Positions 50,244-64,000 of a DNA stretch of 64,000 nt are shown here, piece by piece. A program made the position numbers and the translations under genes. Below the pieces are notes generated by a model that saw only the letters and a list, made by a program, of their open reading frames with translations, was not told where the DNA came from and did not search any database. The stretch spans positions 351,877 to 415,876 of the forward strand of contig NMRA01000091.1 of the NCBI GenBank assembly GCA_002633005.1. The letters run 5' to 3'. The stretch's first letter is position 1. Each line of letters starts with the position of its first letter. The stretch comes from Phoronis australis (taxonomy: Eukaryota; Animalia; Phoronida).

Positions 50244-52864
50244 AAACGAGCTCCTGCCGTATACCATACCGCCTTTGTTCAGATCAGCTTTTAGCCTATT
50301 CAAGAGACAATTTCTTTTTAATAATTGACATCTTCATCGTCATAGTCCCATCGTGGCAACCATTGGCTCCATTGTGAAGTTGATGTTCTAGTTTCCATCT
50401 GGGGAGACGGAGCGGTCTCTGCCATTTTGACAGTAATGAAGAACAAAAACAGTAAGGCATGTGACCAAATGTCATATTAGTGCCCCCTAGTGATAACTTC
50501 ACTGAACTAGTTTTCTGAACAACTGCGAAGCTGATGAGAACACTAACGGTCAACTTTACGGTTAACCACAGTTAACATGGAAGCTTGAATATTAGCAAAG
50601 TTGACTGTGTCGGAAAGAGCCTTCAAACTACCTCAAAAAAAATTGAAAACTTTCATTCTTTACATTCAAACAGTTGAAAAGTTATTATAAATTCCAGCAT
50701 CAAGCATGTTGGAAATAGCCCAACACTGAAGCCCACCCAACAAGTTGGCAGAACTTAAGCCACAGAAACATTCCATTGAGCTCAGGGAAGCAGATCAAAG
50801 TACCATCAGTAATACTCATCATTACTTTACTCAGCACAGCCTATGCTGATATTGGAGGTATTATGTTGACCCAGCTTTCACCCCTGAATCTTTTGTACCC
50901 AGTTGTAACACAATCTTGAATTTGAGGTCATTCACCTCTGCTAGGGATTATTACAGTTACTTACCCCTTCTAGATATAACCTACCATGTAATGAAACACA
51001 TTGTGGAATAATATACACCACACAGTCTAGACTGCACTAGGGTTTGGTGAATTCACCAGTATACCTAAGTTTTACAGATCTGATTTGGAACATACAGGTG
51101 GATTTTTTCATTTAGATTTAATGAAGACAATTTATGCTGTTTTTTGCTTATTCCAGCAATTGACCTTTCGCAAACTCTGCCCCCTTACGAAAAGTCACTT
51201 GACATCCGACAAACAAACAATAAGTTTTACCCCACGACGTATTGTTTGTCGGGAAAAATGGCGGCTTGGAAACGAAGGTGTGTCAAGAATGCTGTGTTAT
51301 TATAGGTCAATTAAGATGTCACTCAAAATCCAGTGGCAATAGGTCAATTCACCCAACTTTACCACAATACCCCCTAAGCAGGTCAAGGCTCAGAGTATTC
51401 CTGTTTTATAGTACCCTAATTATTTGGCTTAACAACCTGGGGACTCGAACTGGCAAGACTCCGAAACCAGGGGCGCTTAAATTGGAAAATTCAAGAAATT
51501 GGGGGCAGGCGCTTACTTGAAACGGGCTCTTAACTTGAATCAGCAAGTCGCCATGGCCACTTATGACTTCCGAAACTGAAGTATACAGACCCAAAGTTCA
51601 AAGAATTTGCCTCAAGGCTAAGATGTCGATGCAAAAGTTGAATCAGTGTCCTTGAACTCGACAGTTGAACTCAAATACCTACCGTAAGAGAGAAACTTGA
51701 AATAAGAGAAAATATGTGTAAGAAAATGCCTGCAAAAACTCTAGGCCTGACTTATTATATGAACATCACCACACTCAATGAAGATGCAAAGTTAGATAAA
51801 TCTTGTCAAAAATGAAGACTTGGTGCACAGACGTGGTGTGGTGCATATTTCACAACAAAAAAATCTTGAGTCTTACCATCATACACTGGTTACGTATTTG
51901 ATAAGCAGTTTCGCATGCATAACCCGGCCAGGGCATACAGAGCTCTGCAGAAGTGCTTGGATAAGTAGCACTAGACTCCCCTCCCTCACATTTCTAGGCT
52001 TGTCAAATTAGCGTACAAGGCATTAACTCCAACGTTTCTGGTACTGAACATTTCCTTTATTGGACACCAAATTTTCAAACACTAACATTCTTGTAGTAAA
52101 TACACACACCAAGAAATTTTGTACAACTTAGTCATTTAACAGTGAACCCACCTAATGACAAACTAGACTTGTCCTTTTATAAAAAATAACTTTGGTTCAA
52201 ATCAACACTGCCTAATCTACTGATTAGTTTTTGAGCACTGAATTAACTTTTTAAATCACTGAATCAACTTTGTGAAGTTCTTTCGGTATCTTATCTGAAT
52301 CAAAAATGATCCCTGCCTTTTGAAAATGGTCAACAAAGTATTTGGAGGTCTGTCATAGGGTAATTCTCCACTTAAATAATAAATTTATATATCAGTAAAT
52401 TTATACTGAAGGTACTCATGGTGTACTTGAGAATTCTTTGTAACCAGTAAATAATTAAGTTGCAATTTTCTTCTAAAATTTGCTATGCACGTTGTTATTA
52501 CAAAGTTCACCAGCTTTTAAGCATAAGAATTTATGGCTGACCACACGTAGGTATTCAAATGCTTCAAGTTTCTGTACTCATAGTCTGCTTTTTAATATTC
52601 AACTGTATAGGTCAGGAGTATGACAGCAGTCTGTTGTAGGCAGAGCATTGCCATACTGCACTGCGGTCTTGATATTAATGAACCCTCAAATAGTCACACT
52701 CTTGATTAGCGGTATGGTTTAATGAGCTGGGTATGGCTTAATGAGGTCGTAAACACTTTGCATTTTTCCAAGAAATTACAAAGTCTGTCCAAACACATGG
52801 ACAGTTTTACCACTCATTTGACAGTGAAGTATGTAAACAACTGAGCAGTACACTATTGCAGCTG
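50244..52864 (+). repeat. 2.6-kb direct duplication, copy 2 (contiguous with unique flanks)
   Basis: Near-identical to 46580-49223; no N's at its ends. Confidence 0.97.
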
Positions 52865-53440
52865 GTTTTTTCAATGGCCTTTTAAAGAAAGCTCGTTTAC
52901 CCATTTAAAACAAAAACTGTCAAATCAAAACTGTTAAAGTTTGAGTTAGGTTAATTCAGAAAATTCAATAAGTCGTCAGCCAAAACTGCACACCGTCATC
53001 ACTTATGCTAATAATTGGGTTACTGACCTGAGATTAATTAAATGAATAAATAAGCTTCAACTTCCTTCAAAGATTTGCATTTGCAAACTCTCCCTGAAGG
53101 GGTGGCTGACTTTTGGCACACAGTTGCTATGACTTCACCAGTTGAGACCAAATAACATAACTGCCATAACATCATCCATTCACTAATAATCATTAGCCCC
53201 AAAAGAGCAATATTGACATCGATATCACGATATCACGAGTTGAGTCAACTAAAGATACCAAGTAACTCTGTTTGATATCAAGATATGAACTTCGTAGATA
53301 TTAATGCAGATCAAAAGAAAAGAAAAATTGCCACTAGCAGGCACTACAGTAGAACACTACGTAAATTAATGACAGCCATGCTATCCCCTTTAAAACGATT
53401 CCTCAAGAGTCTGTAGGTAGGGATATATAAAATTAATAAA

Positions 53441-54092
53441 ACTAGCCAGTATGAGTGCAAAGAAGATCAAATCCATCTGAAAATGTGCATGTGCTTTTGT
53501 TTCCATCATAGAAAAGCGTACGCCAAATTTCATGAAAATCTAGAAATTGAGGCACATCAAAAGAAAATTTAAATTGGCGGCAGGATATGCCACAATAGTC
53601 AGACTCATTCCAAAATAAATGTCAGCTAAAGAAGACATTACAATAGAAACAAAAAATTGCACAAGAGAAAACTAATGCAGTGGGACTCGTCTAAAAATTA
53701 TAACCTAAGTTGTGCTCTACTGAATAAGAACACACATGCCAAATTTTGTAATGATCCTTTTAGTGAATAGAGGCCGGCGACAAAATAGACGAATATGGCC
53801 AATAGAGGGCGCATAATACACCAAATCTATCCAACTCTTGGAGAGAGTCATGGTCATTTCAAAAGAAACCTGACAAATTCCTGAGATTCATCAAAGAACT
53901 AATGATAGACACAGGGCAAACCTGAAAATAAATTAGCCACTAGGGGGTGCAGCGGTAGTCAGATCTGTTGTCAACTTTATAGAAACACTTCTGCCAACTT
54001 TCATGAAATTCTTGCAAGGGGTTTAGGAGTATACAGCAACACGGATTCTCAGAGATGATGGCAATACTCACCCACACTTGTAAAAGTAGATA
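53441..54092 (+). mobile_element. Degraded Helentron-associated (HINE-like) element
   Basis: Starts aaaACTAG; repeated gccaaatttcatgaa core and tagggggcgc-like motifs; boundaries approximate. Confidence 0.4.
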
Positions 54093-57000
54093 TTTCACCT
54101 CGTTTATGGCAACGTCCCACTGAAACTGGCTACTCGTTGCCCAAAAGTAAGCGAGTTGCCTATGTTTTGGATGCTAAGTTTCATGTAGAGACAGGCGTTC
54201 ACAAAGAAACTAGCACTTTTAAGTCTTGATTGTACTGGGGGTGGGCGGCTAGGTGCTATAAGATGAATACCTGTTTAAAAGTGTCCAACTGAAAATTTTT
54301 GGTCCAGGCGTTAAGCTGTACAAGAACAGTATATCACAATGTAATATGGAAGATTCAGTTGAGAGCATATGGTAATTTTTCCATAATATAGCACACAATA
54401 TGGCTGACAAATGAAACTCTGATTTGTTAAATTTCTCTACAAAAGTAAAGATTAAGAACATTTTAGACTATTACAAGCATGGTTTGTAGTCTGTAGTTGT
54501 CATAAAACAGCATCTGCTTTTAAGTTCCTTTGATATGGAAAAAGGTTATCAGACATTGGAAAATGGAAAAATGACTGTTTTGGCAATTATTTTTGAGCAA
54601 AACAAGTGGAGAATTGCGGTACGCATCAAACCCAGTATAGTGTCCTGAATTTCGCAAGAAATCAATCGGCCTTAATTCAGAGCACACATACAAACAAAGA
54701 GCAAACAATGAAGCAAAGTGGTGACGTCATCTGTCCTCATTAGACAATTAGATGACAGCTCAGATCAATGGCCACTCAACATTAACCTCACTCCATGAAA
54801 ACAAAAACACCAAGCTCTGCCCAACACACATGATAAGCTAATGTAAAGTTGGTAATGGTTGCCTGTGTCCTTGATCAAACAACTTATCAACTAAGCTGCT
54901 TCTCCATACTTGATGAACATGTGGTTTAACACAGATACATGACAAACTGTGGTAAACACTACACTGAGCCAGTCGTCAACAATTACAATAATTAAGCAAA
55001 CATAATATGAAGGTTTTGCAATATAAAGGAGTTTTAATTACCCCATGTGAGGCAAGGTTTGCCTCAGTACACACAATTAAATTCTACTTCGAAATTCTGA
55101 CTATATATAATCCTTGCTGCCTAGGACTAATGAAAAGATCATTTTTTGCTCAAAAAACAATTGCGCAGTTTCGATTGTTTACCAATGCGATGATTGTCAG
55201 CCATTTCTAGCTCAAACTATTGGGCAATTCAAATTTTCCAAACTTAGGCAACAGAGAACACGCAGTCAGCAGGTGCCCAAGGAATGTCAAGCTCAAGAAG
55301 GATTGTTAAAATAACTCGTAACAAAAAAAAATGGTAAAGGATTTTGTGTAACTGCTTAAAGAAATCTACCCAGAGGCTAGGGCTCTGTAAAAAGTTGACT
55401 TAGAAAAATGGTTGTCACAGTGCCACCTTGAGTCAAATTTTAATAAAGTACAACTATTCTCAAGATAATGAGAAGTCGCGTGTTACATGCAAATTTCTTG
55501 TCAATCACATGAAAAATGAGGTACTACTTGTGCAATTAATAAGAAAGGTCTAAAACATATGTTGTACTTGAATCCTGAGACTATGTATTGCAGAAAGAGA
55601 AAAGCTCAAGCATCGGACTTTAGACAACAGGTAAGTCTCAAATAACACAGAATTGGAATTAAAGTCATCGCAAGAAACCGATGGCTAACCATTAGCTCTT
55701 GAAGAGATCTTTTCACATATCAAGATGTTTCGGAAGGATCCACCAAACAACCGCTGAGCTATGGCACAGAGACCAATCCATAGAAGAGCAATCGTCAGAA
55801 AAATTCAAGTAATAACTTACGAACAGTAAGTTGTAGAGAGAAATAGAATTAACCGTATAAACCAGATTATAACTGTGGTGAGATCTATCTTCACAGAAGA
55901 ACCCCTACAACACCATTTTGAGTTTTTTCAAAAAACAACAGGTTTCAAGCATTTCACGTGGTACACATGCTTGGAGTGTCGATGAGACAACAAAATGACC
56001 TGAAGTGTACGTACAAACAAAAAATCACAACAAAGCACCATACGGTACATGGCAAAACATAACAATAAAACCGGACACATCACAGGTGAGCTGCAAGACG
56101 TGTGGAAGGAGAGGTGCAGCAGGAACTGTAACGCACCCTGCAGCTGGATTGAATAGTTCACTATTCCCTACAATAGTGCATTAGTTACAAAAGAGACACC
56201 TCCACATTCAGACTTCAATACATACACCTTACACTTCACTTAGTTTCAACAAAAGACTCTCTGCATACCACAAATGCTTGCCAACTTGATTTTGGGCCTA
56301 GGTTACAATAAACTCTCATCGATTTAGGACAAAACAAGGCAAACAACTCGGTTGAAACAAGTGAAATTTGTATTTTCTCATTTTTGGTAAAAGATAACTA
56401 GGACAAGATATGTAGCATTTTTTCATGTTCACGTTCAGTACAAAACCTACCATCAGACAGTTGTTTTAATAATTTCACAATGTTCGAATCCCTTTAAAAA
56501 TGAAAAAAGAGCAATTTTGGCAATTATTTTTGCTGAAATTGTTTAACCGATTTTTACCATACACTTTACTGAAATGGCCATGCAGATAAGTCAAAGCACA
56601 GACACCTTACATTCATGCGAGCAATTCCGACCGCACCGCAGGTGACATATTAGTAAAGCCAAGTGCAAGGTACAGAATAAACCACAGCGAACCAACCAGT
56701 CTGCACTTGGTTATACTGACAATGAAAGGAGTGGTGGTCGCCATCTTCAGGTCAAAAACTAACCACTATTAATTACACGACAGGTTTTGTTGACCTGAAA
56801 GACTGCCTGACAAAAAAGAACATCAGTCCTTATTCGATGTTTCATCAGGATTAAATTAATTTGCAAAAAAAAGAAAATGGTACTCTTATACTTGTCTAAA
56901 AGCCTCCAAACAACAAACTCCAGCATGTTGAAGTTAAGTCATACTCAATGACAACCACTTTCCTGTATTTTCAACATCAGTTATAAGAAATGATGAATAT

Positions 57001-60000
57001 AAACACTTTTTCACTCTCAAAGTGTCTCACTTCGTGAGTGAAACTCACAACATACAAAGCAGCACACAGGAATATATTACTGTAGAAGGTTCTACCTGCA
57101 TGGCCTTTGTTAGTCAGGAGTGTTTACATAATGAATTTGCCGGATTTTTCAAATAAGAATTAGGCTATTTTCTATGTTTCCTAATGAAAGGCGTTCTTCA
57201 GTGGCCAGCAAAGGTGTTCAGTCTTGGAGCACTTGAGGCAGCCAGACATTGACAAAAGATTTCCATAATTCAAATACTTTAAATTAACTTACATGTATTA
57301 AATGCTATGAAGATGGAATAAACTACAATTTCTATTTCAAAGTGGTGTTTTTGAGAATCCAAACTTTTCCCAAATCATCCAGTGATCAAAGTCTGCATGT
57401 AGAAGTCACTGACACACAACATACTGACTGTTTTGTTTTGTAGGATTCAAAATTGACCTCTTTGTTTCAGTTGAGGACTCATTGAAAATTGAGACAAAGA
57501 AACAGTCCTGATAACGAGGCTTTGCACACATTAGTGCATAATTAATACAGTGTTACGCATGTAAGCACTTGCATGCAAAGCTCACACGTACAATGTGCAA
57601 TAATGAGTTAGGACTTCGTGAGATGCTTTTTGCGTTATGTTTAAAGGAAAAAAGAAGTGTAAGTTAAGTGAACAGAAAGTTACCATTATCAGTACAGTAC
57701 AGTACTCCAGTAATTTCATAGGAAAATAATCATACAAATTGCCACGTTTCCATTTTTCAAAATCTGACTACAATTGTTACAATTAATTAAATTTCTCCAC
57801 CTACTGTTTAGTGGTAGTTTCAGTGTGAATCAGGATTGTAAGAAGCAGAATTTTACTTTTACACGAGGAAATTTCTTCAACATAAAATTCTCCTTTTCCA
57901 GCACATTGTGCCCTAAGAGAAACATAGCAATCAGCTCAGTCATCACAGATCACTTCAACTTAAACATGGAAACCATAACCTTTATGCACTGATACACTTG
58001 CTAACATAACCTTTATGTACTGATACACTTGCTAAAGCCACGACTATCACAGAAGCACAAAAAGCCATAAACATTGGTAAATCCCATGGGACATAACAAG
58101 TATTACAAAGGAACAAGAACATCAGCAGGCCACAGAGGTCAGAGCCAAACAAGACACCATCTATGTATGTCCTTACCAGTGAGTGTCCCAAAACCAAGGT
58201 CTCTGTCCTGGTGATGTCCTGGTTACGGGGCTAACAGGAGAATGAGTACCACTCAACCTACTGCTTATCACAGCCTGAAGGGTTGACCCAGAAACAATAA
58301 CAGTCTCAGAGGTCACTGCCTACAAGGCACAACAGATGGGTTCAGGGTAATGGAATTTAAAGGTGGTGGCAAGACTGAGTCTGACCTGACTACAGTACAA
58401 CTGCATTATTCATTTAACTAACATACAAGCAAAGACAATCAGACCCATACCCAACAGTTGCTAGACTTGATCTATGGTGCTTGAAGCCCATTTAATCAAA
58501 GGTCCATGCAGTTGAAGATTAATAGAGGACACATTCTTGCAAAGCGATACCTTAGTTAGAAAGCAAAACAGCTTATTACTTAAGAGTTGTTGACATTAAG
58601 ACTTAGTGACCAAAACAGCCACCTAAGTTAATTAACTGTGTGCTAATTGAAGCCTGAAGTTATCATGTCATAGCTAAGACCAGACTTTTAACCAACTATA
58701 CTGCACTGAAGGGCGAGACATACAGTAATGTTACTAATGAGCTCATGTGACTATCCTACTTTGCATTTGGAAGAAAGGAAAACTATAATTTTGAAAAAAA
58801 CGTCGAAATCCTCAAAGAGATGTCAGAGACCTCCGCTGATCTTACTACAAGTATAGTAAAGTCCTGTCCACACGAACATACAGCCTACCATAGAACAACT
58901 TGCACTAGTGCAACTTTAAATCCCACTTTTGAGCGGAGCGTCCATACACACATCCAATAATAAGGGTAAGGCGGAAGTTATCGCTCTGTGCGAGGCAATA
59001 TGTGCCTAATACGAGTACGGCGCGCAAAAGAAAACCCATCTGTATTAACTGCACCTAATAACTACTTCCGCCCCACCCCACTTATGCATGCACACAGTGA
59101 TTACAAGTGGCGTAAGTTACCCTAGAACCCCATCTCCAACGTCCAGACAGCACTCAAACCAACTCATTCCAGGAGTAACTTGTTCTAGGGTAAGTCTGCG
59201 TGTGGAGGGCACTTACATAATTCTCCGCGTATTTCACACAAAAATAATTGCCAAAATTGTCCGTTTCCATTTTTCTAAAGCTGATTACTTTACTGCAAAT
59301 CATGGAAAATTTAACAAATACATGTTTCATGACATCCACACAATACAAACTATGCTAATAATAGACTACAATTTTCTTAACCTTCATTTTTTGTAGAGAA
59401 AATTGACAAAAAAACTCACTTGTTGGTCATGTAGTGCGCTAAACAAGTGGAGAACTACCATACATCACAAGATGGGATTATATAATAAAAACAATAAATT
59501 TATTAGAATCACACAAGTACAGAGAAATAAAAGATAAACATAAAAACACAAGACGAAAAAGTACAAGTGCAAGACATGGATAACATAAAAAGTCAAAGAC
59601 TTATTAATCCATTGTGGTCCTTACAGTACAAGTCAGTGGTTATTCGTCATGGAAACCAACAATCACAGGTGTGTAAAACAAGTCACCATCCAATATGTGC
59701 TAATATACCAATAAGATAATAGCATCAATATAATAACAGTTAAGTGCTTCTTTTAGTTGCTAATAAAGACGCTTATAATTAATCATGAAGGAAACAATAG
59801 TAATATGATTATAAAAAGTACCACATACTTTGTTATGAAACCAACAACCGGATAAGCGCTGCATTTAGATCCATGCAGAATTTTTTGAAGATGCACATTT
59901 ATCTAAATACATGCAAGAGCCTGAATGCGAAATTAACTTGAGGAAAACCGACAAGGAACAAAATTTCAAAATAGCATGTGAACGAAACTTGACTCATCCA

Positions 60001-60272
60001 TTACACAGCTATTAGACATCTGATTGGTTCTCGATGACCTCTTCCAGTTTACAGATCAATCAGATGTCTAAGCCGGTTGACCTGACGAAACCGATCATGT
60101 GGAACCATTGAATATAGATCTAAATGAAAATCAAAAAAGGGGACAAAACACGGATAAAAACAGTTCAACATATGCACATAATTTATAGGTGCGTGCATGT
60201 GTATATTTGTACCAATGGGCTAAGACATTGACCTCACACCCATAATTATTTTGGACTATTTATTACACTTAA

Positions 60273-60730
60273 GGATGTTGAGACTGAAGACTATAAGAAA
60301 TGTAGGACCCTAGAAAAATGACCAAAATTGGGCTAAATCTGATCAGCATACCTCAGAAATGGCTGATCGAATTCATAATGAAACTTTTAGATACAATTTA
60401 TGTAGTTATTCTCCAAAACCAATAGGATGTGTTTCTAAAATGTTCCACTTTTGTATGACAGGCTGACAAAATTAGGACTAATGTCGTTTTTATTGAAAAC
60501 TCAAAAATTACATGGGACATAATGACAATTTAGAATGCTGTCACTGTTTTTGACATTTCATCTTGTGCATTTTATTGATACTGTTATTTTGCTAATTACA
60601 TAATACAATTAATGGAAGATTGGTATAGCTTCGAAAATAAAATTCTACATGCTGTCTACTTTCAGAAAACATATACTTGCACCGAGTTAGAATCTATAGT
60701 TTTGTAGACATTTCGCCTAGGCACACCTGA
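60273..60730 (+). mobile_element. Degraded TTAA-flanked non-autonomous element related to 13530-13886
   Basis: Begins ttaa|gg; 60650-60710 homologous (reverse complement) to 13570-13630. Confidence 0.45.
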
Positions 60731-61909
60731 ACTTGTCGATAAGGTCCAGCAACTTTTGCAGACAATGATTTCAAAGAAGATTTCCTGGCAGAACCTTACT
60801 AATAGCAAGAATGTTGTTGTTTAGTCCACGATGTTGACAGAAGTAAGACTAACTACCTCTTGAAAGACTTACATGTGAATGGACACTTCACATAGAACAA
60901 CTACAAGCAAAGAAAAATAAGTTTGTAATAAAAGGGAGTGCCCCTCAATGCTGTGTCCATGAATGAGTGTAAGTACCAGTTAGGGTATGTATAAATATGT
61001 GTACTGTATATGTGAAGGATGTAAGTCCCTGTACAGTATGTTGTTTAGTTGACCTCTTGTGTTAGTGTTCCTCACAATGATGGAGAATCCAAACAGGCTG
61101 GGAGCTGTATCTCCACCTGTCTAAATGGCTAAAAAACAAATTTCAAATTTTATTCTTATACAATCAGCCTCAAAACTGTGTTCACCACGACAGGGTTCGT
61201 TTTCCGTTACCAGGAATATACTAACACTCAACAAGTTACGAAAAGTGTCAGAACATCATTGCTTTTACTGGGGTTGGATAATCATGACATTTGAAAATGA
61301 CGCGCTGGGAATTCCATTAGAAAATAATATGATATGACCTAATAATGGCATTGAAGATCAGCTGTTTGGTTTGGCTCTTTGGTTAAAGGACTTGAAATGT
61401 GTTTATCTTAAGGTTGTGGACAAGACTGGTTTTGAACATGTTAAAAATGACAGTATATATTACCCAACCTGTATGTAAGTCAATGAATGGATGCATTTGT
61501 ATGAGTGTATACCTGTATAGGTGTATGTCTTAAATGTCTGTGTGCATTAGAAGTGATTCATCCCTTGAACCACATATGATGCTGAACATGGTTTATATTC
61601 ATTCTTTACACTTTTAGGTGTGTCATTGAGGTTTGTAAAACCATTTACACATTGCAACATTGTTGCAAATACATTAACAATGTTTCAACAAGTGGATAAG
61701 CCTTTTAAAATGTAAATTAGTTACACACCTCAACTAAATGCCAGGGCTCCACCTCCACAAATAGCAATAGAGGTCGTCAAACCTCATTGGCAAGCACCCC
61801 AAATGAAATAAATGAGTTGCCTGAAGTGAAAAACTGTCCAACTTATTAAATGTGTGCCGGTGCATCCGAGATCGCCCAGACTGCATTTTTTTGTTTATGA
61901 CATCTAATT

Positions 61910-62175
61910 TCGTCATATGAATGTTATGATGTTGTTCATAATCGCCACCACCATCATCATATTCGCCATCTTCGTCATCATCTCCGACGTCGTCTTTTCT
62001 TCGATAATTTCGCCAAGTGTTGCTCAAGACTGTAGCCTATTTCTTGGTGATTTCTGACCTCTACGTTCGTAATATGAATGATACCATAACTTGCATTGTC
62101 CATCATCTTCACCATCGTCGTCATAGCTGTCATCTTCGTCATCATCTCTGTCGTCGTCTTTTCTCGTCATCTCTA
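61910..62175. repeat. Degenerate (ATC/GTC)n low-complexity tract
   Basis: catcatc/cgtcatc triplet runs that give spurious Asp- and His-rich ORFs; a similar tract lies at 33370-33710. Confidence 0.75.
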
Positions 62176-62553
62176 ACGTGGTTTTTTTGGTTAGTTTCGC
62201 TCCTCGGAGCGCTTTCATTTGTTTTTGTTTTTGTTCCAACTGAAAATGAGGAATGTTCCACATGCTCGGTGAGGACCAGTTGCAAACAATGTCACCATCT
62301 CGGGCACACTACTCCTGCACAGGCCCACCTCGACACTGAAGCAGACAGTCACAATCAGGCATTAACAATTTTTGCCAATGATTTCGACTCTTGTCAATTT
62401 ACTTCCTGTAGTTTTTTGCATGCATGCCCGTATGAGATGTAGCCACTTTGTGATGACCTGGAACGTTAACCACATCTCCAAATCTAGTCCTGCATGTGTA
62501 GTGATCACAAGGACCCCATCTTACATCCAACCTTATATTGAAACTGAGGTAAA

Positions 62554-62961
62554 AGTTGCATTTACAAGAGAGACAACTGAAACGAAGCTGATATGGTGCA
62601 AGTGTGTGTGCAAACACGACTGACACGGAGCGAGTTGACACGGCAGTTGCGCTCGATCAGTTGCTCCAGTTTTAACCACACATCTAAACACACCTGGGAC
62701 AGGGCGGTAAGGAATCAAATTTCAATGCGCTTACACTGCATATATACAGATGATCTGCTGGCATTCCACGTGGTTTATTTATGCAAGCACACGCGGTCTT
62801 CACATAAGTGACTCACATAGATCTAGTTTGCAATCTAATGTCGTGCAAATGCGACTGACGCGAGCAAGTCACGCCATGACAACTGACACGGTGACAACTG
62901 TTTCTTGTGTGAAAGCGGCTAAAACTAACCAGCAGACAGCTGTCATTTGTGTAAACAGACT
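62554..62961. mobile_element. Degraded Harbinger-like MITE related to 32958-33363
   Basis: Shares gactgacacggagc.a.ttgacac; ends agttgcatttaca / tgtgtaaacagact. Confidence 0.6.
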
Positions 62962-63293
62962 CAGTGATACAAGTTTATTCAGATACCACTGAACTACTAT
63001 CATGACAAATTGAGATAACAGCCAGGTGGATTTACATGATCTACTGCCAATAAAGTTATCTAATTTTGTTACTTGATAATCACATAAATACTTAATGGGT
63101 AAAATAGGTATCTAGTTATTACCCTGGCATTCAGTTGGTGATTAGTTTCAAGCATGATTGAAGTAAACTAATTCCATGACAGAAAAATATACCCTGCTGT
63201 CACTTTTTTCTGTAGTACTCTAACATAGAAACACATCCAGTCCACCTTGTGGTAGAATATATAACCAACCCCTGGTAATGTACACACTTACTA

Positions 63294-64000
63294 CGGTAAA
63301 GTCGCGTGATTTTCGGACGGCCCGCCATTTTCGACCAAGAATAAATATTTCCGAAATGAGTTTTTCATGGTCCACGAAATTCGTACAAGGTCCAAAAACT
63401 GTTTTTCAATGATCCTCGAATTTCGGACAATGTCATAAACGTCGGATTTTTGTCCCGCGACTTTCAGACAAGGAAAATTTTAGAAACGCTAATTTAGGAT
63501 CGACGCAACTCCCGTGTCACTAAAGCGTTCAACGGATGATTACTACTCGATAAGGCTTGAATCTGAGAATTGGGGTAACGGGCTTTGTAATTTTTACCTT
63601 GTCTTGACGATGTCATGACCGTTACTCGATTGTCTTGCGTTTAGCTTGAGTTTGGCGCTTTAGCTATGAAAAAAGTCACCGAGTCTCGCATGACGAAAAT
63701 TTCTGATGAAAATACAAATGGGAAATACACGGAAGGCTGCAGTTTTTCGTTGTAGCGTAACATGTGCTCTGGTTTAATTAGACCGTGTTGTTCAACTTCC
63801 GACTGTGACATTGAACTTGCACGCCTCAACTTGCGTGTTTACGAAGCGTTTTTATTTTTAAAACGTCCTGGCCTTTGCAAATGCCCTTGTTAGTGGCTAA
63901 AATCTCCCGACGACGTGTCTGGATTTTATTCTTGACGTGATGAGAAATATTTTTTGTTTAGGCCCCCATACACAATAGGTCACAGCTAAGTATGTCCGTA
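63294..64000 (+). mobile_element. Probable left end of a Tc1/mariner(pogo)-like element, other end outside window
   Basis: ta|cggtaaagtcgcgtgattttcggac with repeated ttttcggac/tttcagac subterminal motifs and CpG-rich interior; partner TIR not visible. Confidence 0.45.

Noticed and set aside
61734-62442. Asp-rich and His-rich ORFs
   Set aside because: Products of degenerate ATC/GTC triplet tracts on both strands; no domain or exon structure.
1-64000. Prokaryotic, phage or defence-system content
   Set aside because: No long ORFs (maximum 141 aa), no operon structure; a spliced metazoan gene and metazoan transposons explain the window.

Overview
Eukaryotic, AT-rich animal genomic DNA, probably from an invertebrate; the taxon cannot be fixed from sequence alone. 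There are no prokaryotic genes, operons or CRISPR arrays. One protein-coding gene on the minus strand dominates the window: a GRB7/GRB10/GRB14-family adaptor (proline-rich NPFPEL motif, RA, PH, BPS, SH2). I reconstructed it by hand as 15 GT-AG coding exons from a putative ATG at 37028 to a TGA at 1001 (1935 nt, 644 aa, all splice phases compatible; exon 1 is the least certain). Introns and the upstream ~27 kb are full of non-autonomous DNA transposons (Kolobok-, Tc1/mariner-, PIF/Harbinger- and CMC/Chapaev-like), two CR1/L2-group LINE fragments, tRNA-derived SINE heads, fold-back repeats and minisatellites. The most unusual observations are: (i) two unrelated Kolobok-like elements whose very long TIRs run inward up to or through a start codon on both sides, one encoding a THAP N-terminus; (ii) a tandem array made from a real exon/intron donor junction; (iii) a Chapaev-like element enclosing a 2.6-kb copy of nearby DNA, which is bounded by N's and probably an assembly or haplotype artefact; (iv) a candidate upstream exon with a 35-37 aa uORF. 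I found no firmly supported new biological system; these are leads.
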